DNA of 64,000 nt from an uncultured Bacteriovoracaceae bacterium (GTDB taxonomy: Bacteria; Desulfobacterota; Desulfomonilia; UBA1062): contig CAZNGL010000001.1 in the NCBI GenBank assembly GCA_964572405.1, forward strand, positions 11,553 through 75,552. Direction: 5' to 3'. A model generated the notes under the pieces. That model searched no databases, was not told where the DNA came from, and worked only from the letters and a program-made list of their open reading frames with translations. Of this stretch, positions 54,325 through 62,623 are shown one piece after another (within the stretch, counting starts at the first letter, position 1; the number at the start of each line of letters is the position of its first letter). Both the position numbers and the translations under genes were made by a program.

Positions 54325-55118
54325 GCGTCCATGAGTTCAAACGTGAGGGAGCGGATATCGAGAATTGCCGTGTCCTCTCCCCCGATGGCGTACACGTGCT
54401 GTCCCACGCCCTTCGACAGACCTCCTCCGAGAGGTGCCCAGTCCGTGAGCCTGCCCATCTTGGCCTGCTCGTCTGACCCGAGAAAGGTCTCCGGATACAC
54501 CACGGGCATGCAGCAGTTCATGGACAGGCCCTCCCAGGTGGTGATGCTGGCGCTGACCCAGATGAGGTCGAAGGAATCCTTGGGTTCGTGGATGATGATC
54601 TCGCGTACGGCCTCGAAGGGTATCCACACCGAGCGGTCGTGGGCGAAGACCTCGAAAAAGGCGTAGAGCCGCGCATCGGTCTCGCTGATGCCCTCAAAGG
54701 GTTTCCCGTTGAGGCTTCCCCTGATTGAGGGCCGCTCCTCGTCGATGCGGCCCAGCAGGGCACGTGCCTTTTCGTACTCTCCTGCGCGGATGGCCTCGAG
54801 ATAGGCAAGGTAATCTGCGAAGTACGGGGGCTGCTCCGGCATGACCGACGGTGTTGCCTTTCCCTGGATCACCTTGAGACGCTCCTGCTCCGCCTTCACG
54901 ATGTCGAGATAGACATGCACGCCCATTACCCGGTCCGGATCCCGGGTGGAGATCATGTCGAGATGGCGTACGGCCTTGTCCCACTCGCCGAGCAGGCTGA
55001 GCACCTGGAACAGGAGTGTCCTCCTTCCCGCGTCCGACGGTGCCGCCTTTACCTCCTCGATCAGGACCCTGCGGGCTTCAGAAAGACGGCCTGCCTTCAT
55101 GAGATCTTTTGCCGTCAT
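54321..55118 (-). CDS. tagJ: T6SS accessory protein TagJ (ImpE family)
   Basis: 265 aa. The N-terminal TPR-like hairpin AKDLMKAGRLSEARRVLIEEVKAAPSDAGRRTLLFQVLSLLGEWDKAVRHL fits the ImpE pattern. Position between tagF and tssA. Confidence 0.6.
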   Translation of the reverse strand: MTAKDLMKAGRLSEARRVLIEEVKAAPSDAGRRTLLFQVLSLLGEWDKAVRHLDMISTRDPDRVMGVHVYLDIVKAEQERLKVIQGKATPSVMPEQPPYFADYLAYLEAIRAGEYEKARALLGRIDEERPSIRGSLNGKPFEGISETDARLYAFFEVFAHDRSVWIPFEAVREIIIHEPKDSFDLIWVSASITTWEGLSMNCCMPVVYPETFLGSDEQAKMGRLTDWAPLGGGLSKGVGQHVYAIGGEDTAILDIRSLTFELMDA

Positions 55119-55178
55119 AACAAATAACCTCTGAGTTTCTCTATCATAATCACTTTTTAAAAGATAGGGGTGAGTTGT

Positions 55179-55868
55179 CTATATCCCGTTTCCCTGTTCC
55201 ATGCACCACAACGTCGCGAAGTCATCCGCCACCAGGGGCCGGAAAAAAACCGCCACATACGATGGCTCGGGGGGCCCTCCCATGAACACGGCTTCAGGCT
55301 CCGCGGTTCCCGGCTTGTCCATACGCAGCAGCAGTTCCACGATCTCGTCCAAGTGGTCCGCCGTGCCCGGCAGGCGTGCAGCGGCCATGCCGCGATGCTG
55401 CGGGATGCCGTCACGAACGGCGGATCCGCCCGGCATCCACAGACCGGCCACCGGCGATGGTCCACCCAGACGCAGGACCTCGCTCTTCAGCTCTTCCAGG
55501 TCGAAGACCCTCCTGGTGCACACGAACTCGATGCGTTCCCAGAGGGCGTCAAGGGAGTACGGGAGATGCACCCAGTCTTCCTCCCATCCTGCAAGAACTC
55601 CCCAGCCCATGATGAGCAGGGGGAACGGCCTGCCAGCCCCGTCGCGGCTGTCGCGGATGAGTCCGCACGACAGCTCGCCCCTCCTGCGCCCCCGGGCGAA
55701 AAAGCGCCACGAGTGCGGGGTTGCAGCCGGTTTCACCCTGGGGTATCCCCCTTCCACCCACCTCGAAAAGTCATCCATGAGCGAAGAACCCTGTCCGATA
55801 CGGATATAATCCTTCACCACGGGATGTTTGCCAGCAAGGGCCCACCCCCAGCCCGCATCGCTCTTCAC
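55179..55868 (-). CDS. tagF: T6SS accessory protein TagF (DUF2094/ImpM-like)
   Basis: N-terminal GWGWALAGKHPVVKDYIRIG resembles the TagF fGKLP..GDFv motif. It directly follows tssM. The start is uncertain (GTG overlapping the tssM stop). Confidence 0.55.
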   Translation of the reverse strand: MKSDAGWGWALAGKHPVVKDYIRIGQGSSLMDDFSRWVEGGYPRVKPAATPHSWRFFARGRRRGELSCGLIRDSRDGAGRPFPLLIMGWGVLAGWEEDWVHLPYSLDALWERIEFVCTRRVFDLEELKSEVLRLGGPSPVAGLWMPGGSAVRDGIPQHRGMAAARLPGTADHLDEIVELLLRMDKPGTAEPEAVFMGGPPEPSYVAVFFRPLVADDFATLWCMEQGNGI

Positions 55869-58800
55869 CCGGCCGTGCACCTGACGATGGTTGTCGGAAC
55901 GGCCGTGGGTTGACTCATGGCCGGCTTCGCCTGGTTGATCACGGCATCGTGGCCGCTGAACCGGTACTGTACCCGTATGTACCTGATGCCCATCTTGTTC
56001 AGATACGCAGCCTCCTTGGGAAAGTCCGACGGCGAGAAGGTGCGCGTACCGTTCCTGAACTCCATGAGGAACTTGGCAAAGGCCTCTGGGCCTGAGTACG
56101 TCTTCGTGAGGACGAGGTTGCCGACCTCGATGGCGAAGGTGACCCCGCCGCACCGCTGGGACGACCACACGAGCGACTTGCTGACGGGGTAGTTCATGTT
56201 CACGAGCACCTGCTGGGAGTCCATGCACTGCAGGGTCAGCCTGGTGGCGTGGGGCTGCACCCTGGCGTTGTCGTTGGCCTCGGTGGGCAGCCCGCTGACG
56301 GTCACCGTGTTGTCCGAAGACGCGGCCATGGCCGCGGCCGGAAGCCCCACCTTGGCGCTCGAGAAGAACCTCAGGAAAGCCTCTTCGAAGGGGAGCGACC
56401 TGCCGAGGGCCTCCTTGGCATAGTACCCCCTCCTCAGGTCCCTGCCCACGAAGGGTGCGGCCGGGCCCTTGATGAACTTGGTGGCGAGGCCGTCAGGGGA
56501 AAACAGGATCTGGCTGAGCTGCGTGGGGTCGGTGATCCCCTGGATGTCCACCAGGACATCCTTTTCCCAGGCGGCCTGGAGGTGACACGCGCTCTCCTGG
56601 CAGGCACAGGCCCACAGGAAGTCCAGGGGGCCGCTGACGATCTTGAACATACCGTCGTCCTGCACGCCCGATGCGCTGCGGTAACGCATGAGGGCTTTCT
56701 GGGCCGCCATGAAGGGCGATGCCGAGGGGTCCTCGCCGAACACGACACCCGCGGCCTGGAATGCCGAGGCCCCTGACTTGCTCACCATCCCAGCGGCCTT
56801 AGCCAGCGATGCCTCATAGTCGGCCAGGGCCCGTGCGGCATTGAAATCGATCCCCGCCAGGTCCTGGGTCTTCTCCTTGCCGATCTTCTCCTGGATCTTT
56901 TCCTTGAGCCGTGATGCCGTCTCCGTGGCCTTGGCGATGGTGCCGCTCTGCAGCTGTGCGGCCACGTCCTGGTTCTTCTCGAACTCGGCGATGAACCGGA
57001 CCCATTCCTGCTGCTGTTCCGTCCGGAACGGCTTCAGCTCCGAGGAGATGCGCCGGAGCAGGAGGAAATACAGGCCGTTCCTCGAGGCGGCCTTCGCGGC
57101 TGCAGAGCGCCACTCCGCAGACCCCCTGAGTCGCTCCATCCCCCGGGGAAATCCGAGGATGAAGGCGTGCCACGCCTCGGCATAGGCGTCCGTGTACCTT
57201 GCGAGGAACTCGGCCTTGCGCGATGCGATGGATGCGGGGTTCGCCAGCGCCGACTCGAGGTCCAGGAGGAAAGCGTCGATGACGGCCTTCCCGTCGGTGG
57301 TAAACGCCGCATCCACCCTGACCTCCTCGGCGGCCGGAAGGCTGCCGCCCCAGAACTCGCGGAGCGTGACCGCCTTGTCCTGAAGCCCCGTGTTCACCCA
57401 GGCGGGTATCCAGTTGAGGCTCGGGGACTTCGCTATGGCCTCGGTGAGCAGCGCGTCGAGGGTTGCCACCTCCTTCTTCAGGATCTCCTCGTCGCTCTCC
57501 CACAGGAGCCGGCTGGCGTACAAGGCCATGAACCTCTTCGCACCGTCCGGGTCCTGCCCGGCGGCGGTGAACACCGCTGTGGGCCTCTCCAGGAGCGCCT
57601 CCATGTCCTCGCCCGCAAGCCTGGCCTTGAGCAGGGTGATCCGGTGGACCATGGCAACGATATATTCACCGATCCTCACATCCTCCCCGGGGATGCTCCG
57701 GATCTCCACGGCGAGCTGCTTGTCGTGGACGGCGAGGAACCTCGCATCGAACAGCGTGCAGAAGTTCTTCTTCAGCTGTTCCTCCACGTCCCTGCTCTCC
57801 CCCAGGCCGAGGCGGGGAATCCACCACGACTCGTTTTTGCCCTGCACTGCGAGGATGGCGGCCCGGAAACGGTCCATGGTCTTCAGGGCCGAGCCCAGCT
57901 CTCCCTGGAGCTCGACAGGGCGGGTGAACTCCGTGGGCACCCCCCGGATGATCCCCAGGTTCTTGACAAAGGAGAAGCTCAGCAGGCCGCAGACGGCAAC
58001 GCCGATGGCCACCCACGCCAGGAGCCCGAGGTTGAGCGTGAGCCTCTCCCATGCCATGGCCCTCTTCGTCGGCGCGAAGAGGCCGCGCTCCTTTGGAAGG
58101 ATCGTGGCGAAGAAGTCGTGCAGGAAGAGTCCCTTGTTCGTGCCCGGGAGCACCTCGCGGTCCTCGATGAGACCCATGGCCTTGAGGAAGTGTGAGTACG
58201 GGCTGCCCTCCTGGCGGCCGCTGCTGAAGTAGAGCCCCCGGAGCATGGGGGTCTCCTGGTAGGGATTCGCCTGAAAGGCCCCCTTCATGAAGGCTTCGAT
58301 ACCGCCTTTGAGGCGGGAGAACTCCTCGGGGAACAGCAGGAGCGCGGGGTCGAGGGCCGACGGCGGAAGCTTGTGGAATATGAGGAGGCGCAGCGTGCCC
58401 AGCCGTTCCCGTACGGTGTGCATGGTCTTGGCGACAAAGCCTGCGTAGTCGTCCTTGAGCTCGTGGTTGACCGCTCCGAACGCCTGCCGGAGCAGTTCTT
58501 CGTCGAGCTGCCCGCAGAACTGCGTCATGCCCTGGACGAGGTCGCACTTGGTCACCAGCAGATAGACCGGGAACTTGCTGCCGAGAACGCGCATGAGCTC
58601 GTCGATGCGGCGCCTTATCTGCCGGGCGTCTTCCTCGATGGCGTCGGGTGCCCCCTCGAGGAGCCTGTCCGCGGCCACGGTGACCACCAGGCCGTTGAGC
58701 GGCTCCCGCTTGCGGTACTTGGCCAGAAGATTCAGGAATCGCTGCCACTCGTCCCTGTCCCTGCCCTCGTCCACGGGGATGGCATACCTCCCCGCGGTAT

Positions 58801-59308
58801 CGATGATGACGGCCTGTTCGAAGAACCACCAGTCGCAGTTCTTGGTACCGGAAAAACCGGGGACAACGGTCATCTCGGCAAAGGGGCTCGAAAGCCTGGC
58901 GCTCTTTATGGCCGTAGTCTTGCCCGATGCGCTCTCGCCGATGACCATGTACCACGGCAGGACATACAGCGGGTTACCGAGCTTCTTCAGGTGCGATGAT
59001 TTCAGTGCGGCAACCGCCTCGGTGAACCGGTCCTTCAACTCCGTGGCCTGCCGGCGCTCCTCGTCCCTGAGCGATCGCAGATAGGCCTCATCCTGCTCGG
59101 CAATCTGGCTGACGAAGCGCTGCTCGCGCCTCCTGACAAGGACCTGCCGGAGGAGGTAGACCGCTATGGCGATGCCCACCAGGAACAGGAGTATGAAGAA
59201 ACCCACCCACCACGGCCACCCCACGACGAGGGCGAACCCGAACACGAACAGGACGGCCAGGAGGACCACGAGACCGATGAGCGTGTATTTCAGTATGGTC
59301 TTGATCAT
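55865..59308 (-). CDS. tssM: T6SS membrane complex protein TssM (IcmF)
   Basis: The start was reset to MIKTILKYTLIGLVVLL... (TM segments). Walker A GESASGKTT. ~1147 aa. The 4-nt overlap with tssL is a typical coupling. Confidence 0.9.
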   Translation of the reverse strand: MIKTILKYTLIGLVVLLAVLFVFGFALVVGWPWWVGFFILLFLVGIAIAVYLLRQVLVRRREQRFVSQIAEQDEAYLRSLRDEERRQATELKDRFTEAVAALKSSHLKKLGNPLYVLPWYMVIGESASGKTTAIKSARLSSPFAEMTVVPGFSGTKNCDWWFFEQAVIIDTAGRYAIPVDEGRDRDEWQRFLNLLAKYRKREPLNGLVVTVAADRLLEGAPDAIEEDARQIRRRIDELMRVLGSKFPVYLLVTKCDLVQGMTQFCGQLDEELLRQAFGAVNHELKDDYAGFVAKTMHTVRERLGTLRLLIFHKLPPSALDPALLLFPEEFSRLKGGIEAFMKGAFQANPYQETPMLRGLYFSSGRQEGSPYSHFLKAMGLIEDREVLPGTNKGLFLHDFFATILPKERGLFAPTKRAMAWERLTLNLGLLAWVAIGVAVCGLLSFSFVKNLGIIRGVPTEFTRPVELQGELGSALKTMDRFRAAILAVQGKNESWWIPRLGLGESRDVEEQLKKNFCTLFDARFLAVHDKQLAVEIRSIPGEDVRIGEYIVAMVHRITLLKARLAGEDMEALLERPTAVFTAAGQDPDGAKRFMALYASRLLWESDEEILKKEVATLDALLTEAIAKSPSLNWIPAWVNTGLQDKAVTLREFWGGSLPAAEEVRVDAAFTTDGKAVIDAFLLDLESALANPASIASRKAEFLARYTDAYAEAWHAFILGFPRGMERLRGSAEWRSAAAKAASRNGLYFLLLRRISSELKPFRTEQQQEWVRFIAEFEKNQDVAAQLQSGTIAKATETASRLKEKIQEKIGKEKTQDLAGIDFNAARALADYEASLAKAAGMVSKSGASAFQAAGVVFGEDPSASPFMAAQKALMRYRSASGVQDDGMFKIVSGPLDFLWACACQESACHLQAAWEKDVLVDIQGITDPTQLSQILFSPDGLATKFIKGPAAPFVGRDLRRGYYAKEALGRSLPFEEAFLRFFSSAKVGLPAAAMAASSDNTVTVSGLPTEANDNARVQPHATRLTLQCMDSQQVLVNMNYPVSKSLVWSSQRCGGVTFAIEVGNLVLTKTYSGPEAFAKFLMEFRNGTRTFSPSDFPKEAAYLNKMGIRYIRVQYRFSGHDAVINQAKPAMSQPTAVPTTIVRCTAG

Positions 59309-59976
59309 GGCTGCGTCATGAAGAGCGATCTGCTCACGTTGCCCAGCACGAAGGAATAGATGAGGAACAGCACGCCGAACAGTGCCACCGGGAACGCCGC
59401 AAGGAGTATGCTCATGAGGTTCAGCCCCGGTGCAGTACGCCTTGGCGTTGAAGCCTGTCTCTCTGCGGGATACGCCTCGGGGAAGAGTTCGCCCTTCTTC
59501 AGGGAGGGAATGCCCACCGAGGAACCGGTGAGCACCTTGAGGTTGGAGGTCTTGAGGCCCTCCAGGAGGAAGCGGTCCTCCTCCCTGATGAAGCGGCCGG
59601 TGAATCCCATGGCAAGGCAGAGGTAGTAAACCTCGCGTACGTCGTTCTGATGCGCTGCGAGGGCATTGAGCCTCTCGAAGAAGAGCTCGCCGGCGTTCGT
59701 GGTCTGATAGAACTTCAGCTGCAGGGGTTCCTTCTGCCAGGTGAACCGATCGGCCCATTCGGAGTTCATGACCGCCTCGTCCATCCAGGCGCACACCGCG
59801 AATCGGGCGGCGTCGTAGTCCCCGGGGGGGAACTCGGATGCGGCGTTCGCGCTCGAGGCGAGGAGTTCGAGGATCCTGGACCGTACCTGGTCATAGGGCA
59901 GGGGCCTCTTCGCAGCGGTCCTGAGGAAGTAGATCACGAAGGCCACCGCGTCCATGAAAGCATCGCTCAAGTGCAT
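59305..59976 (-). CDS. tssL: T6SS membrane complex protein TssL (DotU/IcmH)
   Basis: 223 aa. DotU-like cytoplasmic domain and one C-terminal TM (LNLMSILLAAFPVALFGVLFLIYSFVL). No OmpA extension. Confidence 0.85.
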   Translation of the reverse strand: MHLSDAFMDAVAFVIYFLRTAAKRPLPYDQVRSRILELLASSANAASEFPPGDYDAARFAVCAWMDEAVMNSEWADRFTWQKEPLQLKFYQTTNAGELFFERLNALAAHQNDVREVYYLCLAMGFTGRFIREEDRFLLEGLKTSNLKVLTGSSVGIPSLKKGELFPEAYPAERQASTPRRTAPGLNLMSILLAAFPVALFGVLFLIYSFVLGNVSRSLFMTQP

Positions 59977-59979
59977 GGT

Positions 59980-61356
59980 TCAGCTCCTTCCCACCACCAT
60001 GAGCTCGGCCTTGAGGTCTTCCGGGGCCGAGTCCCAGAAAAGGGCGATGTTCTTTCCCTTGGCAACGCCTGCCCATTGCTCGCAGTGGTGGTCGACCTGG
60101 TAATAGAGGGCGCCACCCCTCCGGGGAAGCTCCTGAGGGGGGCGGTCGAGGTGTGTGATGCCGACCCCGGGCAGAGCGCGCACAATGAGCAGGGGAAGGT
60201 TCTCCCGGGAGCTCAGCTTGGCGCCCGTGGCCAGCGCGCTCAGCACGTCCTTTGCATCGGAGGCGGTCTGCACCACGAGATAGAAGCGGTTTTTCCCCTC
60301 GAAGACCGCGGGCGGAAGGTCGGAAGAATAGTAGGTGCCGTCATACGACAGGGTGAACACATACTCGGGGCCGGCGGTGATCTCGTCGAGCAAGGAAGTG
60401 ATCACGGCCTGGGCCCGCGAGAAGCAGTGCCACAGGTTCAGGTGGTCATAGACGGGAAGGCCGCCCGAGCCCTGGACCTCTCCGGTGACGGAATACCGCT
60501 CTGAGAAGCTCGAGAGCTCTCCCACGAGCTGCCTGAGAAGTCCATAGGCGGTCCAGGGATGTCCCGTGGCCTCGAGCATGTGCGAGAGTTGGGGGATGTA
60601 CCGGTTGAGCGAGCGCAGGGCCAGGAGAAACACCATGTCCCTGCTCCCGAACTCGGCCGTGTGGATGCCGCGGTCGCGCTTGTACCCTTCCAGCTGGTAC
60701 CCCCTCGATGCCAGCTGATCGCGGATCTCCCGTATGATCTTGGCCAGCCAGGGCGAGCCGTGGATGGCAAGGGAAGGCGGGATGAACCCGCTCGAAAGGC
60801 CCACCTCCTCGCCCTGGCGCTCAAGCCGGGCAAGGGGGATGGTCTCATAGTCACCGAAGTAATCCTTCTCGCTCTCCCAGAGAATCCTGAGGGCATACTT
60901 GAGCCTTCTGATGTGTGCCGTTGGGCCGCTCTCGTGAAGGTCCCTCACCTCCTCGGTGGCCTCCGGCGAGATGAAGCGCGTGTTCACGTCCGCAGGGTTC
61001 TCGGTGCTCAGCGTGGTGACATTCCCGCCCAGCTGGTTGAACCTGCGGATACCCAGGTAAACGGTGAAGGGCTTGCCCCCGTCGATCCACGCTTCCTTGA
61101 AGGATCGCGTCTCGACCACTGCGTTGTCGGGCACCACCGCATAGGTCATATCCGGGAACACGAATTCACCCGAATCGAGATGAAAGGTGCCGGTACCAAG
61201 AGAGGCCTGTCTGACCTCCATCTTCGCCGCTCCCCAGAAATGCGGCATGAGGTGCCTGTACAACGGGGTCAGCAGTGATGCCGTATAGAGGTCTGCGAGC
61301 TGGAAGTGCTGGGGCTGGAGGAACAGCCCCTGGTGCCAGAGGAGAGGTCTTTCCAT
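59980..61356 (-). CDS. tssK: T6SS baseplate protein TssK
   Basis: MERPLLWHQGLFLQPQHFQ is the canonical TssK N-terminus. 458 aa. Confidence 0.9.
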   Translation of the reverse strand: MERPLLWHQGLFLQPQHFQLADLYTASLLTPLYRHLMPHFWGAAKMEVRQASLGTGTFHLDSGEFVFPDMTYAVVPDNAVVETRSFKEAWIDGGKPFTVYLGIRRFNQLGGNVTTLSTENPADVNTRFISPEATEEVRDLHESGPTAHIRRLKYALRILWESEKDYFGDYETIPLARLERQGEEVGLSSGFIPPSLAIHGSPWLAKIIREIRDQLASRGYQLEGYKRDRGIHTAEFGSRDMVFLLALRSLNRYIPQLSHMLEATGHPWTAYGLLRQLVGELSSFSERYSVTGEVQGSGGLPVYDHLNLWHCFSRAQAVITSLLDEITAGPEYVFTLSYDGTYYSSDLPPAVFEGKNRFYLVVQTASDAKDVLSALATGAKLSSRENLPLLIVRALPGVGITHLDRPPQELPRRGGALYYQVDHHCEQWAGVAKGKNIALFWDSAPEDLKAELMVVGRS

Positions 61357-61358
61357 GG

Positions 61359-61895
61359 TCAGTTCCCTTCAGGCTTGGGGTCCTGGAGCTGCCGTGAGCC
61401 CAGGATGAGGTTGATGTCGAGCTGGCCGGGCTTGTACCGCTTCTTGAGCCAGAGGAAACCGCTCCTCTCAGAGACCTCCGGGATCCTGTAGAGCCGGGTG
61501 ATCTTGGCCCGGTCGATGGTGTAGTACCCGGCCACCAGGGCCACGTACTTGGCGCCCTCGGCCCTGTCGAGCTTCATTTCGACGTTCTTGCCCGGGCTCG
61601 CCACCACCTGCTTGCTCACCGCCACGCTGGCCGGGTCGAAGACCTGGCACTCCAGGAGCTTGTAGAGCCCGTCCCGGCTCCCGGCGAGCTGCTCGAAGGC
61701 ATTGGGGCTCGTGAGCTGGTACACGCAGACCACCAGGGCATGGGCCTTCTTGTCCTTGTAGTTGAGCTGCTTGTCGGACGTGAAGTGCAGCGCGATGGCG
61801 TCCTTCTCGTATTCCCACTTGATAGCCTGGGAGGACGATGCGCACGACCAGAGAAAGGGTACCAGGAAGACACAGACCAGAACAGCCCTTTTCAT
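61359..61895 (-). CDS. tssJ: T6SS outer-membrane lipoprotein TssJ
   Basis: 178 aa. Lipoprotein signal MKRAVLVCVFLVPFLWSC. Position upstream of tssK-L-M. Confidence 0.75.
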   Translation of the reverse strand: MKRAVLVCVFLVPFLWSCASSSQAIKWEYEKDAIALHFTSDKQLNYKDKKAHALVVCVYQLTSPNAFEQLAGSRDGLYKLLECQVFDPASVAVSKQVVASPGKNVEMKLDRAEGAKYVALVAGYYTIDRAKITRLYRIPEVSERSGFLWLKKRYKPGQLDINLILGSRQLQDPKPEGN

Positions 61896-61909
61896 GCCTC
61901 ACCCCCGCA

Positions 61910-62623
61910 TCACGTGAATGATTTCTGGCAATTCTTCTCGAACTGCCGCAGGAAGTCCAGTACGAATCGCTCCGACTCGTGCCATTTTTTCACCCGTTTG
62001 AATTTCTCCTCGAAGATCTCGAACGACTCGGCCTTCTTCAGGGGGCCGATCTTGAGCCCGCCCGACCCGGGTTCCATGGTCCTGGGGTCGAGCTCGGCGA
62101 GGATGTAGCCCGCCACGGCCCGGGCCGCCTCCCTGGAGGCCTGCTGGGCCGTCAGGAAGGCCTTCTTGATCTGCCCGAGGTGCTCCTCGATGGACTTCCC
62201 CTCCCCCTGGTCATCGAGGCTCGTGCCGATGACGCGGCGGATGGTCTGGTCGGCCTCCGCGCCCCCTCCCAGGGTGGCGCCGATGACGCCGGTGAGGTCG
62301 TTCAGCATGGTGAAGACCGTGTTCAGCGCCGCTGCGAGGCGCTCCATCAGCTCGGGGCCCGTGTGTCCCGCCCCGGCGACCGCCCTGCCCAGGAGCAGCT
62401 GGACCAAGCGGTCCGTGAGGTCATCCCCGGGGGGAGGGGCCGCACGCTCTGCTCCCTGGCCGAAGAACGCCTCGAGCCCTTCGAGGGCACGGATGCGCTC
62501 CTGCCGTGCGAGCCCCCTGAACTCCTCCCTCAGGAACCCCTCCATGGCCGCCTCGGCGCCTGCAGGGTCCGATGCATGGATCTCCCTGAGTGCCGCGATG
62601 AGGTCCTTACGGGTGAGGCTCAT
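61910..62623 (-). CDS. Hypothetical T6SS-associated protein
   Basis: 237 aa from MSLTRKDLIAALREIHA. The ATGA overlap with the upstream gene implies translational coupling. Ala/Leu/Glu-rich helical protein; no family recognised. Confidence 0.4.
   Translation of the reverse strand: MSLTRKDLIAALREIHASDPAGAEAAMEGFLREEFRGLARQERIRALEGLEAFFGQGAERAAPPPGDDLTDRLVQLLLGRAVAGAGHTGPELMERLAAALNTVFTMLNDLTGVIGATLGGGAEADQTIRRVIGTSLDDQGEGKSIEEHLGQIKKAFLTAQQASREAARAVAGYILAELDPRTMEPGSGGLKIGPLKKAESFEIFEEKFKRVKKWHESERFVLDFLRQFEKNCQKSFT

Noticed and set aside
46762-61900. Search for sigma54 (TGGCAC-N5-TTGCW) promoters upstream of clpV, hcp, tagJ and tssJ, as often found in T6SS loci
   Set aside because: No match with correct -24/-12 spacing was found by eye in the relevant gaps. 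The nearest resemblance (TGGCAGGGGAGAACCTGC upstream of clpV) has wrong spacing. Not reported as a feature.
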